Part shown: one piece after another, positions 30,159 through 40,484 of the stretch
Layout: the number at the start of each line of letters is the position of its first letter
Position numbering within the stretch: the first letter of the stretch is position 1
Source: Candidatus Thorarchaeota archaeon
GTDB lineage: Archaea; Asgardarchaeota; Thorarchaeia; Thorarchaeales; Thorarchaeaceae
Length of the DNA: 64,000 nucleotides
Reading direction: 5' to 3'
Assembly: GCA_019057475.1 (NCBI GenBank)
Contig: DXJO01000010.1
Span: 160,001-224,000, forward strand
The notes under the pieces: generated by a model
What the model was told of the DNA's origin: nothing
Seen by the model: only the letters and a program-made list of their open reading frames with translations
Database searches by the model: none
Translations under genes and position numbers: made by a program

Positions 30159-30560
30159 ATGAAAATCCACACCCTAAAAACCAGTCTTGCCTTACTAGTT
30201 GCCAGTGCACTAATCCTGTTTCTATCTTTGTCAGTACTTGCGTTTCTTGTTAAGGAGATGTACGCTGTCAGCGCATTGAGTATCATGCCGGGCCGTGACA
30301 TCAGGTTGCTGCAAACAACGGATAATACTCTGGCAATTATTGGTCTTGCGTTTGCTGCGGCAATCACCATGGGTACTGCTGGGGTTGGCGCAGCGCTGGG
30401 GATGGCGACGACTGGTGCAGCAGCTCTTGGAGCAATCACTGAGCGGCCGGAGCTTTTTGGCAAGACTGTACTGTATGTGGTGTTCATCGAGGCAGTCGCA
30501 ATCTACGGTTTCGTCATCGCATTCATGCTGGTCGGCTACATTCCATTACTGGTTGGATGA
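30159..30560 (+). CDS. atpK: A/V-type ATP synthase proteolipid subunit K (c)
   Basis: GAAALGAITERPELFGK...FIEAVAIYGFVIAF with the ion-binding Glu; N-terminal hydrophobic extension. Confidence 0.9.
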   Translation: MKIHTLKTSLALLVASALILFLSLSVLAFLVKEMYAVSALSIMPGRDIRLLQTTDNTLAIIGLAFAAAITMGTAGVGAALGMATTGAAALGAITERPELFGKTVLYVVFIEAVAIYGFVIAFMLVGYIPLLVG

Positions 30561-30615
30561 GGTTCCCCTGAAGATGCATCATCAGCCTCCAGTCACACAC
30601 ACACATTCACGGATA

Positions 30616-31245
30616 TTAGACTGACGTGCTAATGTTTTTGAAAAGAATAGATGAAATTAACTTCCTTATCTCGCTCATCATTCGATCTCTGCGACCCTCG
30701 AGAGTATTGTCCACCCATTTTGTACCATCTTTGTTTTTCACCATGACTCCTCCAGCGGAGCGGATTTTTTCCTTTGACAGTGAAACTCCGGTCTTGATTC
30801 CTGTACGCTTCGTAATTTCCCGGCTTATCTTTGTGAGGTCCAGCTGTGGGCTTTGACCCCAGGGCAGTATTAGCTCAACTTCTTCAACAGCAAGGGCTGA
30901 GCCGCCTTCAATGGCAAGACTAACCAACATGTTAGCATAGCCCTTTGTCTTGTGTTTTTCCGACAGAGATTCAATCGCCAGTTCTAGGACCTCAGTAATC
31001 AGAGCCTCTTTTGCCGCGAGGATTGTGTGCCTCACCGCCAATCTTGCGTTGGCATCTCGCTTCACAATATCTGCTCGAGATTGTATCTCAGCTTCAACCA
31101 TCATTGCAGCTCTGTTGGCCTTGCCTTTCTTCCTTGCGTCCAGAAGCTTTGTTTCACTCAGTTTCCTTGCATCTCTAACTATCTTGTCTTCTTTCTCGGT
31201 CGCCTTTGCCTCAATCATCTTGATGATAGATTGAACACCGCTCAT
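30616..31245 (-). CDS. atpE: A/V-type ATP synthase subunit E
   Basis: N-terminal coiled coil; GGVMVKNKDG..VDNTLEGR...I..ILF. Confidence 0.88.
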   Translation of the reverse strand: MSGVQSIIKMIEAKATEKEDKIVRDARKLSETKLLDARKKGKANRAAMMVEAEIQSRADIVKRDANARLAVRHTILAAKEALITEVLELAIESLSEKHKTKGYANMLVSLAIEGGSALAVEEVELILPWGQSPQLDLTKISREITKRTGIKTGVSLSKEKIRSAGGVMVKNKDGTKWVDNTLEGRRDRMMSEIRKLISSILFKNISTSV

Positions 31246-31249
31246 ATCT

Positions 31250-31570
31250 TTACTCCCCTCCAAGTATCATCTCTACCACCGCACGCACTGCAACAGGCTT
31301 TCTATCTATTGAGGCCTCCTGCATCTGAGCGATTATTTTATCAACCTTCTTCTGGAACTTGCGTTCCCTGGCAGCTCTCTTTTCCTCGTTTTCGTCTAAC
31401 CGGGCTTCAGCCGCCTTCTTCCCCTTGGCGTCACTGTTCTTCATTATCTTCTTGATACTACTCTCAGTCTGCTTCCGAATCTCTCTTGCATTGTCCTCCG
31501 CGGCGCGAATTCTGTCCTCTGCTGTTTCTTCTGCCTTACGAATCAAATCGATGTCTTGAGCCTTGGGCAT
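31250..31570 (-). CDS. A/V-type ATP synthase subunit H/G (peripheral stalk)
   Basis: MPKAQDIDLIRKAEETAEDRIRAAEDNAREI coiled coil, directly upstream of subunit E. Confidence 0.75.
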   Translation of the reverse strand: MPKAQDIDLIRKAEETAEDRIRAAEDNAREIRKQTESSIKKIMKNSDAKGKKAAEARLDENEEKRAARERKFQKKVDKIIAQMQEASIDRKPVAVRAVVEMILGGE

Positions 31571-31796
31571 AAAGTCTTTCCTCGCAACGTACTGTATCAG
31601 AAGTCCATAACTGGAATTCAAGATAAACATTAGCCTGCGCCGGCATGAATGATGTATTCGGTTCATTCGCGTGGTCATGGATAGTGAGTGGTTTACCCTT
31701 GATGTGGTTTCATAAGTCACAACGTTTATTTCTGGAGGACAAGCTTTGAGCCTTAAGGTGTCTGAACTGTTTGTTCTTCTATGACCCTCACTGACG

Positions 31797-33974
31797 GTGA
31801 TGTTGAATATGCGCCCCGAGAGTACGCTAGTTGCCAAGGTTGTTTCCCATCGCGACCTTGAGAGACAGGTCATTCTAGCTTTGGGGCAGTTCAGTCAGTT
31901 CGAATTCATCGATGTGCGGCTTCAAGCTGAGTTCATTGAAGTAAAAAAATCAGAAATAGAAGAAGACGTTCTTGATGCTCTTGAAAGGCTCTCCAAAGTA
32001 ATTGCTTTGCTCGGCATAGACCTGAGGAGGAGCAGTGGACAACGCATCGAGATTGACGATTCAACACTCGCAAAGTCACTTGACTTCGCCCTAAGCGTCT
32101 TGAACGCAGTCGAAACAGAAGTTCTGGAACACGACGAGCATGCAGCCTCTGATGTAGCCGAGATTGAACGGCATATGAGCATTAGAGACGTTGCGGAGTC
32201 GCTCAGACCACTGGGCCTTGACATGAGTCTCCTAGGAACCACAGAGTACACATTCAGAACAGCCGGAATAATTCCGTCGGGAAGATTATCTTTGCTCAAG
32301 TGGAGTCTGAGAGAGATCACCGAGAACGCTTTCGCATTCAGGTCACGTCCCCTTGAGAGGGGCGTTTCAGTTATCAGCGTTAGTGTGGCACTCGAGAACA
32401 AAGGAACCGTTCAAAGGATACTCTCCGCCATGGGTTTCGAAGAGGTGGATGTCTTCGAGGATGTGTCGGGACGCCCTGAGGAGATAGCTGCCCACGCCAT
32501 TCGTAGGATTGTTGAGCTTGAAGCGGAGCTCAAGAGGTTCCGCAAACGCAAGGCGTTCATAGCGAAAGAATGGCGAATGAAGATCTCAGCAGCTTGGGAA
32601 GTCCTCGACGTAGAGAAGAGCAGAATCGGCGTCAAGAACTACCTTGTCTACACCCCACAGTCCGTGAAGGTTTGGGGCTGGATTCCTGCAGGCTCTGAAC
32701 AACGCCTCACTACCCTTCTTCGTGAGAGGACAGATGAAACCGTACAGATATCCTTCGAGCAACCTGACTTCGCAGAACTGGAGTCACCAACATGCCTTAT
32801 CAACCCCCAAGTAATGAAACCTGCAGAAGAGATGGTCAAGGCCTACGGCACCCCATCCAGGCATGACCTGGACCCAACAAAAATTCTGTTCTTCTCCTTT
32901 CCTCTAATATTCGGGCTCATCTTTGCGGATGTAGGCCAGGGCTTCTTGATTCTGTTGATAGGGCTGGCGGCTTGGAGAGCCAAACAGAAAGGCAAGGAAT
33001 GGGGGGATATGCTGGGGTACCTACAGACAGGCGCAACAGGCCTGATTATGATGGGTTTCTGCTCGATGCTTGGTGGATTCCTCTTCGGGAGTTTCTTTGG
33101 TTCACATACTGTAATCGAGCCACTTTGGCCTATCTTCGCCCACACTCTTGAGAATGGAGACCCCAATCCATGGCGGCAAGCTCACATGCTCAAGCTCTCC
33201 ATTGAGATTGGCGCTGTTCAAATTTCCTTGGGAATCGTGTTGAATCTATACAACAGATTGCATCGCCGCGATTTCCGCCGGGCTATTGTGCCATTCTCCT
33301 TTCTGTGGCTCTATCTCGGATTCATCAACCTGCTTCTCTCTGTCAGTTACAATAATATCAATCAGTGGTTTAGTTCAACTGGCCATGTGAATCTCTGGAT
33401 ACCATTTGCCGGAATTGGCTTTGGCTCAGGAAACAACGGAATATATCCTCCACTACCTATCACTCCCATGATGTTCACCATAGCCGCTCTCTTCCTTCCT
33501 CTAGTCATAATGGGCGCGACCTCCTTGTTGTCGGGGGTTAAGGGTATGGTAGAGTTCATGGAGTACTCCCTCGGGATGGTTAGCCACACTGTGAGTTACG
33601 CCCGGATTTTCGCTTTGAACACCGTTCACGTTATCCTCAGCGGTGTCTTCTTCGATTTACTTCCTGGAATAATCGATATCCCGTTCTCAGCACTCACCAT
33701 ATTCGGAATTGTGATAATCCCAGATTTCTTTATGCACGACGGACATGCTGTTGCGCCCCATCTACCTCTGCTGGGTGCGATTGTTGGAACCATGATTGTT
33801 GGCATGCTCGAGGGTCTATTAGCTTTCATGCATACGCTACGGCTTCACTATGTCGAATGGTTCAGCAAGTTCTACCATGGCGATGGTATACCCTTCAAGC
33901 CATTTGTGACCAAACGAATTCACACCGTGTCCATAATGTCAGGGTCTGCTCGGTCTAATTATCCTATACCCTAG
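31797..33974 (+). CDS. atpI: A/V-type ATP synthase subunit I (a)
   Basis: WGWIP, YGTP..DLDPT, FGLIFADVGQG, SHTVSYARIFAL (essential Arg), HTLRLHYVEWFSKFY. Confidence 0.93.
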   Translation: MMLNMRPESTLVAKVVSHRDLERQVILALGQFSQFEFIDVRLQAEFIEVKKSEIEEDVLDALERLSKVIALLGIDLRRSSGQRIEIDDSTLAKSLDFALSVLNAVETEVLEHDEHAASDVAEIERHMSIRDVAESLRPLGLDMSLLGTTEYTFRTAGIIPSGRLSLLKWSLREITENAFAFRSRPLERGVSVISVSVALENKGTVQRILSAMGFEEVDVFEDVSGRPEEIAAHAIRRIVELEAELKRFRKRKAFIAKEWRMKISAAWEVLDVEKSRIGVKNYLVYTPQSVKVWGWIPAGSEQRLTTLLRERTDETVQISFEQPDFAELESPTCLINPQVMKPAEEMVKAYGTPSRHDLDPTKILFFSFPLIFGLIFADVGQGFLILLIGLAAWRAKQKGKEWGDMLGYLQTGATGLIMMGFCSMLGGFLFGSFFGSHTVIEPLWPIFAHTLENGDPNPWRQAHMLKLSIEIGAVQISLGIVLNLYNRLHRRDFRRAIVPFSFLWLYLGFINLLLSVSYNNINQWFSSTGHVNLWIPFAGIGFGSGNNGIYPPLPITPMMFTIAALFLPLVIMGATSLLSGVKGMVEFMEYSLGMVSHTVSYARIFALNTVHVILSGVFFDLLPGIIDIPFSALTIFGIVIIPDFFMHDGHAVAPHLPLLGAIVGTMIVGMLEGLLAFMHTLRLHYVEWFSKFYHGDGIPFKPFVTKRIHTVSIMSGSARSNYPIP

Positions 33975-33994
33975 CGATACGCGTGTGACCACCA

Positions 33995-36316
33995 CTACTC
34001 TCCTGCGCCGCCTAAGTACAAAATAGCGAGCTCAGCATCTTGTTTGAACATCGGGTCCTGATCCCGGCTGAGCCTTTGCTTGTTGTCCCATACACCCCTC
34101 GCCAGAAGATCAGTGGTCTTTGCCTTTGTTTCGACATTCTGTGCCGCTTGAGTGTCACCGGCCTGCTGGAATACTTGTGCGGCATAATTGTAATTGCCCA
34201 CTGCCTCTCTGAGCTGGTCACTTGCATTGGAGTAGTGCTTCTTTGCCTTGGTCTTCTCTCCCTTTCTATACAGGTACTCCGCCATGAAGTCGCTTTTTGC
34301 TCCTTCCATGCGCAACAGGTCTCCCCTGAACTTCATTACAACACCTTGGAGTTGCTTGACCTGGCCATCGACATTGTTCTTCTGACGAATCGATTCTATC
34401 TTCACACTGGCGAGCTCGTTTGCGGCGGACGTGAATGAAACTACTGCTTGCTTGATTTTCAGGATACTTTTGTCGTGAGCTTGAATGACCTCATCAAGGC
34501 TATCCTCGTCCTCGAACTCAGCAAGTTCATCAGCAAGTTTGACGATGGCATTATTCCTCTCAATCTGAGCCCTAAAAGCCCCCTGCTCGGATTGCTTAGC
34601 AAATACTTGGGCCTCGGATGCGAATGCAGTAGCCAAGGCTAACCTGCCAAGATCCATTAGTTCTTCAGCTGTTCCCATCTCTCCGATTACCTTGTAATAT
34701 GACGCGGCCTCCGCAGCGTGAAGATTCTCCAGGATTCGCGACATGATGAACTTAACGCCCTGCTGAAGCTGCGAGCTCAGCTGGAACTGGATGACGTATT
34801 TTACATTGTTGAGGATTGCGAGGGTCTTATTCCTCAGATTTCCCACTTCTTCATCTTCTGGTTCAACGCTCAACAGTATCCCCAGACTATCCAGTCCTTC
34901 ACGAATCGCCTCTAAGGACTCCGCTGGGTTGGTGCCCATGTGCTTCAGAGCCTCGTCCAGCGCTTTGTTCACATCCTTGATGAGCCCAGTTTTACGCAGG
35001 TCTTTGGCGAAATCGATCTGACTCTTGATGCTTCGGATGTTATCAGACTGCTTAAGGAGGTCTTTCACGAATAAGAAAGTCTTCAGGTTCTCGCTTATGG
35101 CGCCCGTCAGCTCTCTCGTCTTCGAGAGCTTTTCTGCTTTCTTCAGATCCTTGAGTATGTCCTTGAGGACTGTTATCGCCTCTTTCTTGTTGTTGACTAC
35201 TAGCAATTGTGATAGTTCCATGGATGAGGTTTCTGCCTCGCAGAAATGAGCTTGAGCCTTCTTGTGCTCCTTGTCGTTGCGAGACTGTGCTGCATTGGGC
35301 TGCAGTGAAACGACCCGTCCGAAACACTTCTCAGCCCGACCAAACGCATCTGACGCGGAAGTGTAGAGCTTGGCTGCATCTTCGAGATTTCCGGCTCTCA
35401 TCTGAGCGTTGGCGATATCATTGTAGGTCATCGCCAGGTATACCTCACTAAGGCCTGCAGTATTAGATTTCCACGCATCTAGGCTGGACATCTTCTGCTT
35501 GCTAACTGCCTTACTCTCTCTGAACAGCGGAATCGCTTCGTTGTACAGATCAGTAGCCTGCTCGAAGATGAAGGAGCTGAGGATGTCCCTCCAGATCAGC
35601 TCATCGAACGGATTGAACGCCTGTCTGAATGTGCTTTCTTGTCCAATTAAATCATTGAGGAATTCATCATAGAATTCCGCCTCCGCGCCTTTATTCTTAC
35701 CACGGAGCTCTGTAAGCTCCTTCTCTCCTGCATCTCCAGCTTCTCGTACAAGACTGTAGGCCTTGTGACCCAATGCTACTCTCCTAAGTTTCTGGGTGCC
35801 GTCCACCTTTGATGGGATTGCAGAGAACGGCTTCTCAAGCATTGTGTAGACAGCAGCCAAGTAGCGCGATGCTTCCTTTCCCTTTTGCTCGCTCTCTTGT
35901 TCAACAAACGGGCCACTTGCAGCACCAGCCTGGTGGAGCCATGCCATGACCTTTGCCATCCATACATCTGCCAAATTGCCCTGGTGCCGTAATGTACTGT
36001 CTTCGAGTGCTTCCTTGATTTGCTCCTTTGCTTCTCCTTCTGCAGCACGATATCGTTCTCTTAGGTATGTTATTTCAAAATCATCACTCATCATCTGTTC
36101 GCTGAACGTTGCTATCTCGTCATAGAGCTCAGTGAATGCATCGTGCATGAGAATTCGCTTTCTTTCGAGGGTCTCCTTATCATCGATATCAGTTAGTGCG
36201 AACTCTTTGACGCCGTCTTGCGCCAGGATATTCAGCTCGTACAACCTGCTAGTATGGACGGTCACATCATCTGTCAGGTCTTCTTCTTTTGAACGCTTGT
36301 TACTCAAAGAGAGCAC
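33995..36316 (-). CDS. Large all-helical (TPR/SNAP-like solenoid) hypothetical protein
   Basis: 773 aa, rich in Ala/Glu/Lys/Leu, with repeats such as AGNLEDAAKLYTSASDAF and AVGNYNYAAQVFQQAGD. Confidence 0.7.
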   Translation of the reverse strand: MLSLSNKRSKEEDLTDDVTVHTSRLYELNILAQDGVKEFALTDIDDKETLERKRILMHDAFTELYDEIATFSEQMMSDDFEITYLRERYRAAEGEAKEQIKEALEDSTLRHQGNLADVWMAKVMAWLHQAGAASGPFVEQESEQKGKEASRYLAAVYTMLEKPFSAIPSKVDGTQKLRRVALGHKAYSLVREAGDAGEKELTELRGKNKGAEAEFYDEFLNDLIGQESTFRQAFNPFDELIWRDILSSFIFEQATDLYNEAIPLFRESKAVSKQKMSSLDAWKSNTAGLSEVYLAMTYNDIANAQMRAGNLEDAAKLYTSASDAFGRAEKCFGRVVSLQPNAAQSRNDKEHKKAQAHFCEAETSSMELSQLLVVNNKKEAITVLKDILKDLKKAEKLSKTRELTGAISENLKTFLFVKDLLKQSDNIRSIKSQIDFAKDLRKTGLIKDVNKALDEALKHMGTNPAESLEAIREGLDSLGILLSVEPEDEEVGNLRNKTLAILNNVKYVIQFQLSSQLQQGVKFIMSRILENLHAAEAASYYKVIGEMGTAEELMDLGRLALATAFASEAQVFAKQSEQGAFRAQIERNNAIVKLADELAEFEDEDSLDEVIQAHDKSILKIKQAVVSFTSAANELASVKIESIRQKNNVDGQVKQLQGVVMKFRGDLLRMEGAKSDFMAEYLYRKGEKTKAKKHYSNASDQLREAVGNYNYAAQVFQQAGDTQAAQNVETKAKTTDLLARGVWDNKQRLSRDQDPMFKQDAELAILYLGGAGE

Positions 36317-36450
36317 CTTCAGGAAGCAGCTTTCCCTTTGACCAAGATATCTGCATCTATTAAGAGTACCTAAGCAGGACTCAAGAAATATGACTCAGAA
36401 GAGAGAATCACGCATCGATTCAGCCGATTTCGAACCTGCTAGATCATATT

Positions 36451-36831
36451 CTACTCTTCAGCTGGCCTGAACCTAATGCTTCGGCCATCTCTGAACTTGG
36501 CTAATCTTCCCTCTTCGACAAGCTGGTTCAACACCTCGCTGGTCCTGGACCTAGACTTTCCCCATTGTCTGGCAAGTTCAGCAGCTGTAAATCCTGAATC
36601 TGTACGCTGAATCAGGTCAACCAACTTCTCCCAGGCTACATCTCGTGCAATGCAACTTTCCTGGTTCGCGAAAACGTTGTATTGATTCGCATCCGTGGGC
36701 ATGGTCTTTCCTGGGGGGGTCTGTTTCAGTTTCGAGGCCAGTTCGTTCATAGTTTCATGAATCATCATTACGGTCTTTCTGAGCTCCTTGATTTCTTCCC
36801 GAAGCCCTACGATCTCATAGTTTTTCGACAC
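36451..36831 (-). CDS. Coiled-coil plus winged-helix DNA-binding protein
   Basis: FTAAELARQWGKSRSRTSEVLNQLVEEGRL..RDGR. Confidence 0.8.
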   Translation of the reverse strand: MSKNYEIVGLREEIKELRKTVMMIHETMNELASKLKQTPPGKTMPTDANQYNVFANQESCIARDVAWEKLVDLIQRTDSGFTAAELARQWGKSRSRTSEVLNQLVEEGRLAKFRDGRSIRFRPAEE

Positions 36832-36842
36832 TTGATTTCCCT

Positions 36843-37211
36843 CTACTTATTACGCCCTTTTCGAAACTCGAGGTAATTGCGTTTCTTCTTCTTCTCGAAG
36901 GTCTCCTTTGCTTCTTTGGATTCAAAATGAATCTCTTGAGTTGACGAGTATTCCGGACAATCCTCTGCAATCATTGAATTAGTGGCCGCATTAGCTTCCT
37001 CTTCAGCATCGGCGGAGAGCTCTTCACTATCTCCTGGGAGCGCATTCCGGTCATGCTCCTTCTGAATCACGTCAAGTGGCGAAGACCCAGTCTGGTCTAG
37101 TTCTGGCACCTCAATCTCGTCGTATTCTGTTTTCTTTGAATCTGTGACTTCTTCAGCCAAGATGTCCTTGGTCTTCTTTGCGTATGTTTTTCTCTTATGT
37201 TGGTAAACCAA
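36843..37211 (-). CDS. Acidic, probably disordered hypothetical protein
   Basis: Basic termini and a Glu/Asp-rich core; co-oriented with its neighbours. Confidence 0.55.
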   Translation of the reverse strand: MVYQHKRKTYAKKTKDILAEEVTDSKKTEYDEIEVPELDQTGSSPLDVIQKEHDRNALPGDSEELSADAEEEANAATNSMIAEDCPEYSSTQEIHFESKEAKETFEKKKKRNYLEFRKGRNK

Positions 37212-37293
37212 GGTATGCCACCAGCGTCGTCAACAACAATCAACAATTAACAACGTTTTGTTATAAGATTAGTTATGCGGACCTATAGCATTC

Positions 37294-38076
37294 TCAAGTG
37301 GAATCGGCAAGGGTTCTGGCAAAGGTCATGTACCCCGTGTGTGCGATCATCCATGTGGTTGGACGTGTCTTGTTCTCGCGCACCATGATCTCTCGCTCGA
37401 GTACTTCCAGAGTTCTAATCATGCCCCATTGTCTGCTTTCGCCCATAGCCTTGCAGGTCTTCATGACCTGTTCGATTGTGGGACTATAGCTCACAAGATA
37501 ATGGCTTGGCTTTAGTGCATTGTGAGCCGTATCAACAACCAACCAGGGGGTTGCTAGATCCAAGACCACCGCGTCAACCGCCTTCTCTTCGATGCCTTCG
37601 ATGATGTCCTTCAAATGCATAGTCACGTTGTCCAACGCATTGTGCCGCTTCAAGTTCTTCTCGGCTTGGATGTAATGATTCTCTCGGGCTTCGTATGTGT
37701 AGATATGGCCTTGCGGACCCACAGCTTTGGACAATATGTATGTGAGCGCACCAGATCCAGTTCCTGCCTCAACAACTCTGCATCCTGCAGATATCCCCGC
37801 TTCAATCAAGATTGTGCCTGCATCCTTTGGATAGATAATCTGAGTGTTTCGGCCCATCGAAATCTGAATGTCCGTTTGACTGGGCTTGTGGATTTGAAAG
37901 GTTTGACCCGAATGGCTCTCCACCTTGATACCGTAGGGACGACCGATGATATCATCGTATTTGATGATGCCCTTGTTGGAATGAAATTCCTCTCCTGCCT
38001 TGACCTTCCTTATCCAGTACCTCTTGGCATCCAAAAAGATGTAGATGTAACTGCCATCTTGAATCGGGTCCTGCAT
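37294..38076 (-). CDS. trmI: tRNA (adenine-N1)-methyltransferase
   Basis: TQIIYPKD, VVEAGTGSGALT, VLDLATPW, YSPTIEQ, HTGY. Confidence 0.93.
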   Translation of the reverse strand: MQDPIQDGSYIYIFLDAKRYWIRKVKAGEEFHSNKGIIKYDDIIGRPYGIKVESHSGQTFQIHKPSQTDIQISMGRNTQIIYPKDAGTILIEAGISAGCRVVEAGTGSGALTYILSKAVGPQGHIYTYEARENHYIQAEKNLKRHNALDNVTMHLKDIIEGIEEKAVDAVVLDLATPWLVVDTAHNALKPSHYLVSYSPTIEQVMKTCKAMGESRQWGMIRTLEVLEREIMVRENKTRPTTWMIAHTGYMTFARTLADST

Positions 38077-38191
38077 GAGCAATCAAATCACCTGCAGTCG
38101 TTTTGAGTGTTCCTGCTCTTGTCAGGTCGACTCGCGCCAGCCCACAAAGCTTTATCCGAAAACTCTTTGCTGGCCCAAGAGAGGGAGACCC

Positions 38192-40384
38192 TTGGACGAT
38201 AGTAGTAAGAAGCACGCCCCGGAGCGGACTCTGGATTCCGACACCTTGGAATCTGATCGTCCGATAGAACTTATTCCAAAGAATGTCCTTGAGTATCGAC
38301 CCCGAGTCAAAGATCCACCTGACCTGTTTGTGGATCTAAGTGTTGGCGTGGTTCTGGGCCGGTCCAACTCCTTTCACCGGAAATATCGAAATGCGGGTCT
38401 GGGAACGATTGGTGCAATCGCGGAAACCTCGGATGACATTCTTACCTCGCTGCTAGGAATGCCAGTAAATCTGGACATGGTGAGTCCGCATGTCATATTC
38501 GTTTCAGGGAAGAGGGGGTCAGGCAAGAGCTACACACTTGGAATCCTGGTTGAAGAGCTTGCCTCTGCGATGGAGCGCAAGGAAATCGAGGTCGCAACCG
38601 TTGTGATTGATACTGTCGACGTCTTCCGGCAAGCGGTTGAGCCAAATGTGGATCAAGATGCTCTCCTGAAAAAGTGGAACTTACAGTCCAGAGGATTTCC
38701 AGTGGCTGTTTTCATCCCGCTGAAAACGTACAACAGTCTTCCAGAGGAGGTCCGGATAAAAGCCCGTCTTCATCCATTGGCAATAAGCCCACGCGAGATT
38801 ACTGTGAGTGATTGGGGATATGTGCTTGAGAAGGGGGGTCAGCTCAGCACGGCAATGGAGAACCTCATCGGAGACCTCCTTGAGAGCATTCGTCGAGGGT
38901 ACGCTCTGGCGTCCGGTGAACACGTTGCATTGAAACGCAGCTTCAGCATCAGGGATATGGTGCAGTGCATAGAGTCGAATCCTTCCATCACTGAGCTCTA
39001 CAAGGCTTCAACAAGAATCGCAATGATTCAAAGGCTCAAGAGGGCCGCAAGACTAGGAGTCTTCCATCCTAGTGGAACAAGCGCTCAAGATCTTGCAGTA
39101 GCAGGCCAAACCACGATAATTGATGTAGCACCGCTTGGGTCTGATGCAGAGGTTGTCCTCGCGATTTTAACCAACATGCTCTGCAGACAGGTTTTGACAT
39201 ATAGAATGGCATGGACAGAAGAGGGGACAAGCGCACGAGAGGAGCTTCCTCCGACATGGTTAATCATCGATGAAGCTCATACACTGGTCCCAAAGGGCAG
39301 CGCGACTCCCGCGAAGGATGCTATTGTAGGCTATGCAAAGCTTGGGCGACGTTTCGGATGCAGCTTGGTCCTGTGTACACAACAACCCTCAGCAGTGGCT
39401 GACGAGGCGATATCTCAGGCTGACATCATTATCTCGCATTCACTTTCTCATGATAGTGATATTCGCGCGCTTCAGCAACGAGCTCCAGCAGTAATGCCCA
39501 ACATGTTCCGCGACAAGGTTTTCATCAGTAGTCTGCCGCGCGGCGTGGCACTGGTCTTTGACCAGAGCACAGAGAATAAGCGCGGATTCATCACTCAGAT
39601 TCGCCCTCGATTATCTCAGCACGGAGGCACAGACCGACTGTCCAGTCTCTTTGAAGCAGCCCGGCTGATGATTCCTGAGGGGATTCAAGAAGAGTCAGAT
39701 CTCCAGTGGGACTTAGAAGAAATCGCCGCCGAACCCGCAGGCGAATTGACTGAAGGGCTTTCAGAGGTTCCTCGTCCTCCACTTAAGCTAAGCAAGGAAG
39801 ACTGGAATATGCTTGATGATTGGATTCAGGAGTATATTCGGGTCCTCTTCGAGAGGGAGCGGCAGGAGTTCTCAATCACGGATGAACCCGCCCCAAGAGC
39901 CGCTGAGCCTACGATTGAACAGGAGCCTGAAGCAATACCTCACGTCATTGAACCTTCTATGGCCAGCGTGGACACTCAGGTAATCGATAGTTCAAAGGTG
40001 CGCGTTCGGCAATTCGGCCCTCTCTCGCCATCAGTGCTCTTGAAAGCAATTACAAGAAAGATACTCTACTCCAAGCAGCCACACAGGTATCTCTTCACTA
40101 AGGGTCCCTTCTATAGAGACACAATTCCGGTGCAAATTCAAGACATAACGCCGTCCGACTTGGTAGAATGGTTGGCCTCAGGCCTTGTATCAGCTGGCCT
40201 AACAATTGAGAAACTGAAGGATGATGACGAGATTACTTTCGTCATGTTCAGCAAAAATGGTGTGCGAGGTGTCTTCGCAACCGGAGTGAGTGGTTCAATA
40301 GTATGTTCGCCAGTTGTAATCGTAGGAACCAACCGTGCCGCAGTTCTTCAGATGGTTGACAAGATTCGAAGGGCGATGAGCTAG
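38192..40384 (+). CDS. HerA/DUF87-family P-loop ATPase with extended C-terminal domain
   Basis: Walker A GKRGSGKS, Walker B IIDEAH, arginine-finger LGRRFG, TQQP. Start placed at a TTG after GGGAG. Confidence 0.85.
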   Translation: MDDSSKKHAPERTLDSDTLESDRPIELIPKNVLEYRPRVKDPPDLFVDLSVGVVLGRSNSFHRKYRNAGLGTIGAIAETSDDILTSLLGMPVNLDMVSPHVIFVSGKRGSGKSYTLGILVEELASAMERKEIEVATVVIDTVDVFRQAVEPNVDQDALLKKWNLQSRGFPVAVFIPLKTYNSLPEEVRIKARLHPLAISPREITVSDWGYVLEKGGQLSTAMENLIGDLLESIRRGYALASGEHVALKRSFSIRDMVQCIESNPSITELYKASTRIAMIQRLKRAARLGVFHPSGTSAQDLAVAGQTTIIDVAPLGSDAEVVLAILTNMLCRQVLTYRMAWTEEGTSAREELPPTWLIIDEAHTLVPKGSATPAKDAIVGYAKLGRRFGCSLVLCTQQPSAVADEAISQADIIISHSLSHDSDIRALQQRAPAVMPNMFRDKVFISSLPRGVALVFDQSTENKRGFITQIRPRLSQHGGTDRLSSLFEAARLMIPEGIQEESDLQWDLEEIAAEPAGELTEGLSEVPRPPLKLSKEDWNMLDDWIQEYIRVLFERERQEFSITDEPAPRAAEPTIEQEPEAIPHVIEPSMASVDTQVIDSSKVRVRQFGPLSPSVLLKAITRKILYSKQPHRYLFTKGPFYRDTIPVQIQDITPSDLVEWLASGLVSAGLTIEKLKDDDEITFVMFSKNGVRGVFATGVSGSIVCSPVVIVGTNRAAVLQMVDKIRRAMS

Positions 40385-40484
40385 GCGAAAAGCTCTCACA
40401 ATTGCTCTGTCGGCGATTGCACGGTTGGAACCCTTACTATTAGCTTATAAGGTACAGTCGCAGTTTGCCGGCTTGGTGCAGAGC

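Noticed and set aside
31571-31873. N-terminal extensions in the ORF track (e.g. 31250-31873, 38075 start, 52874 start, 50626 start)
   Set aside because: The extensions show no family similarity and overlap neighbours, promoters or elements; downstream starts fit better.
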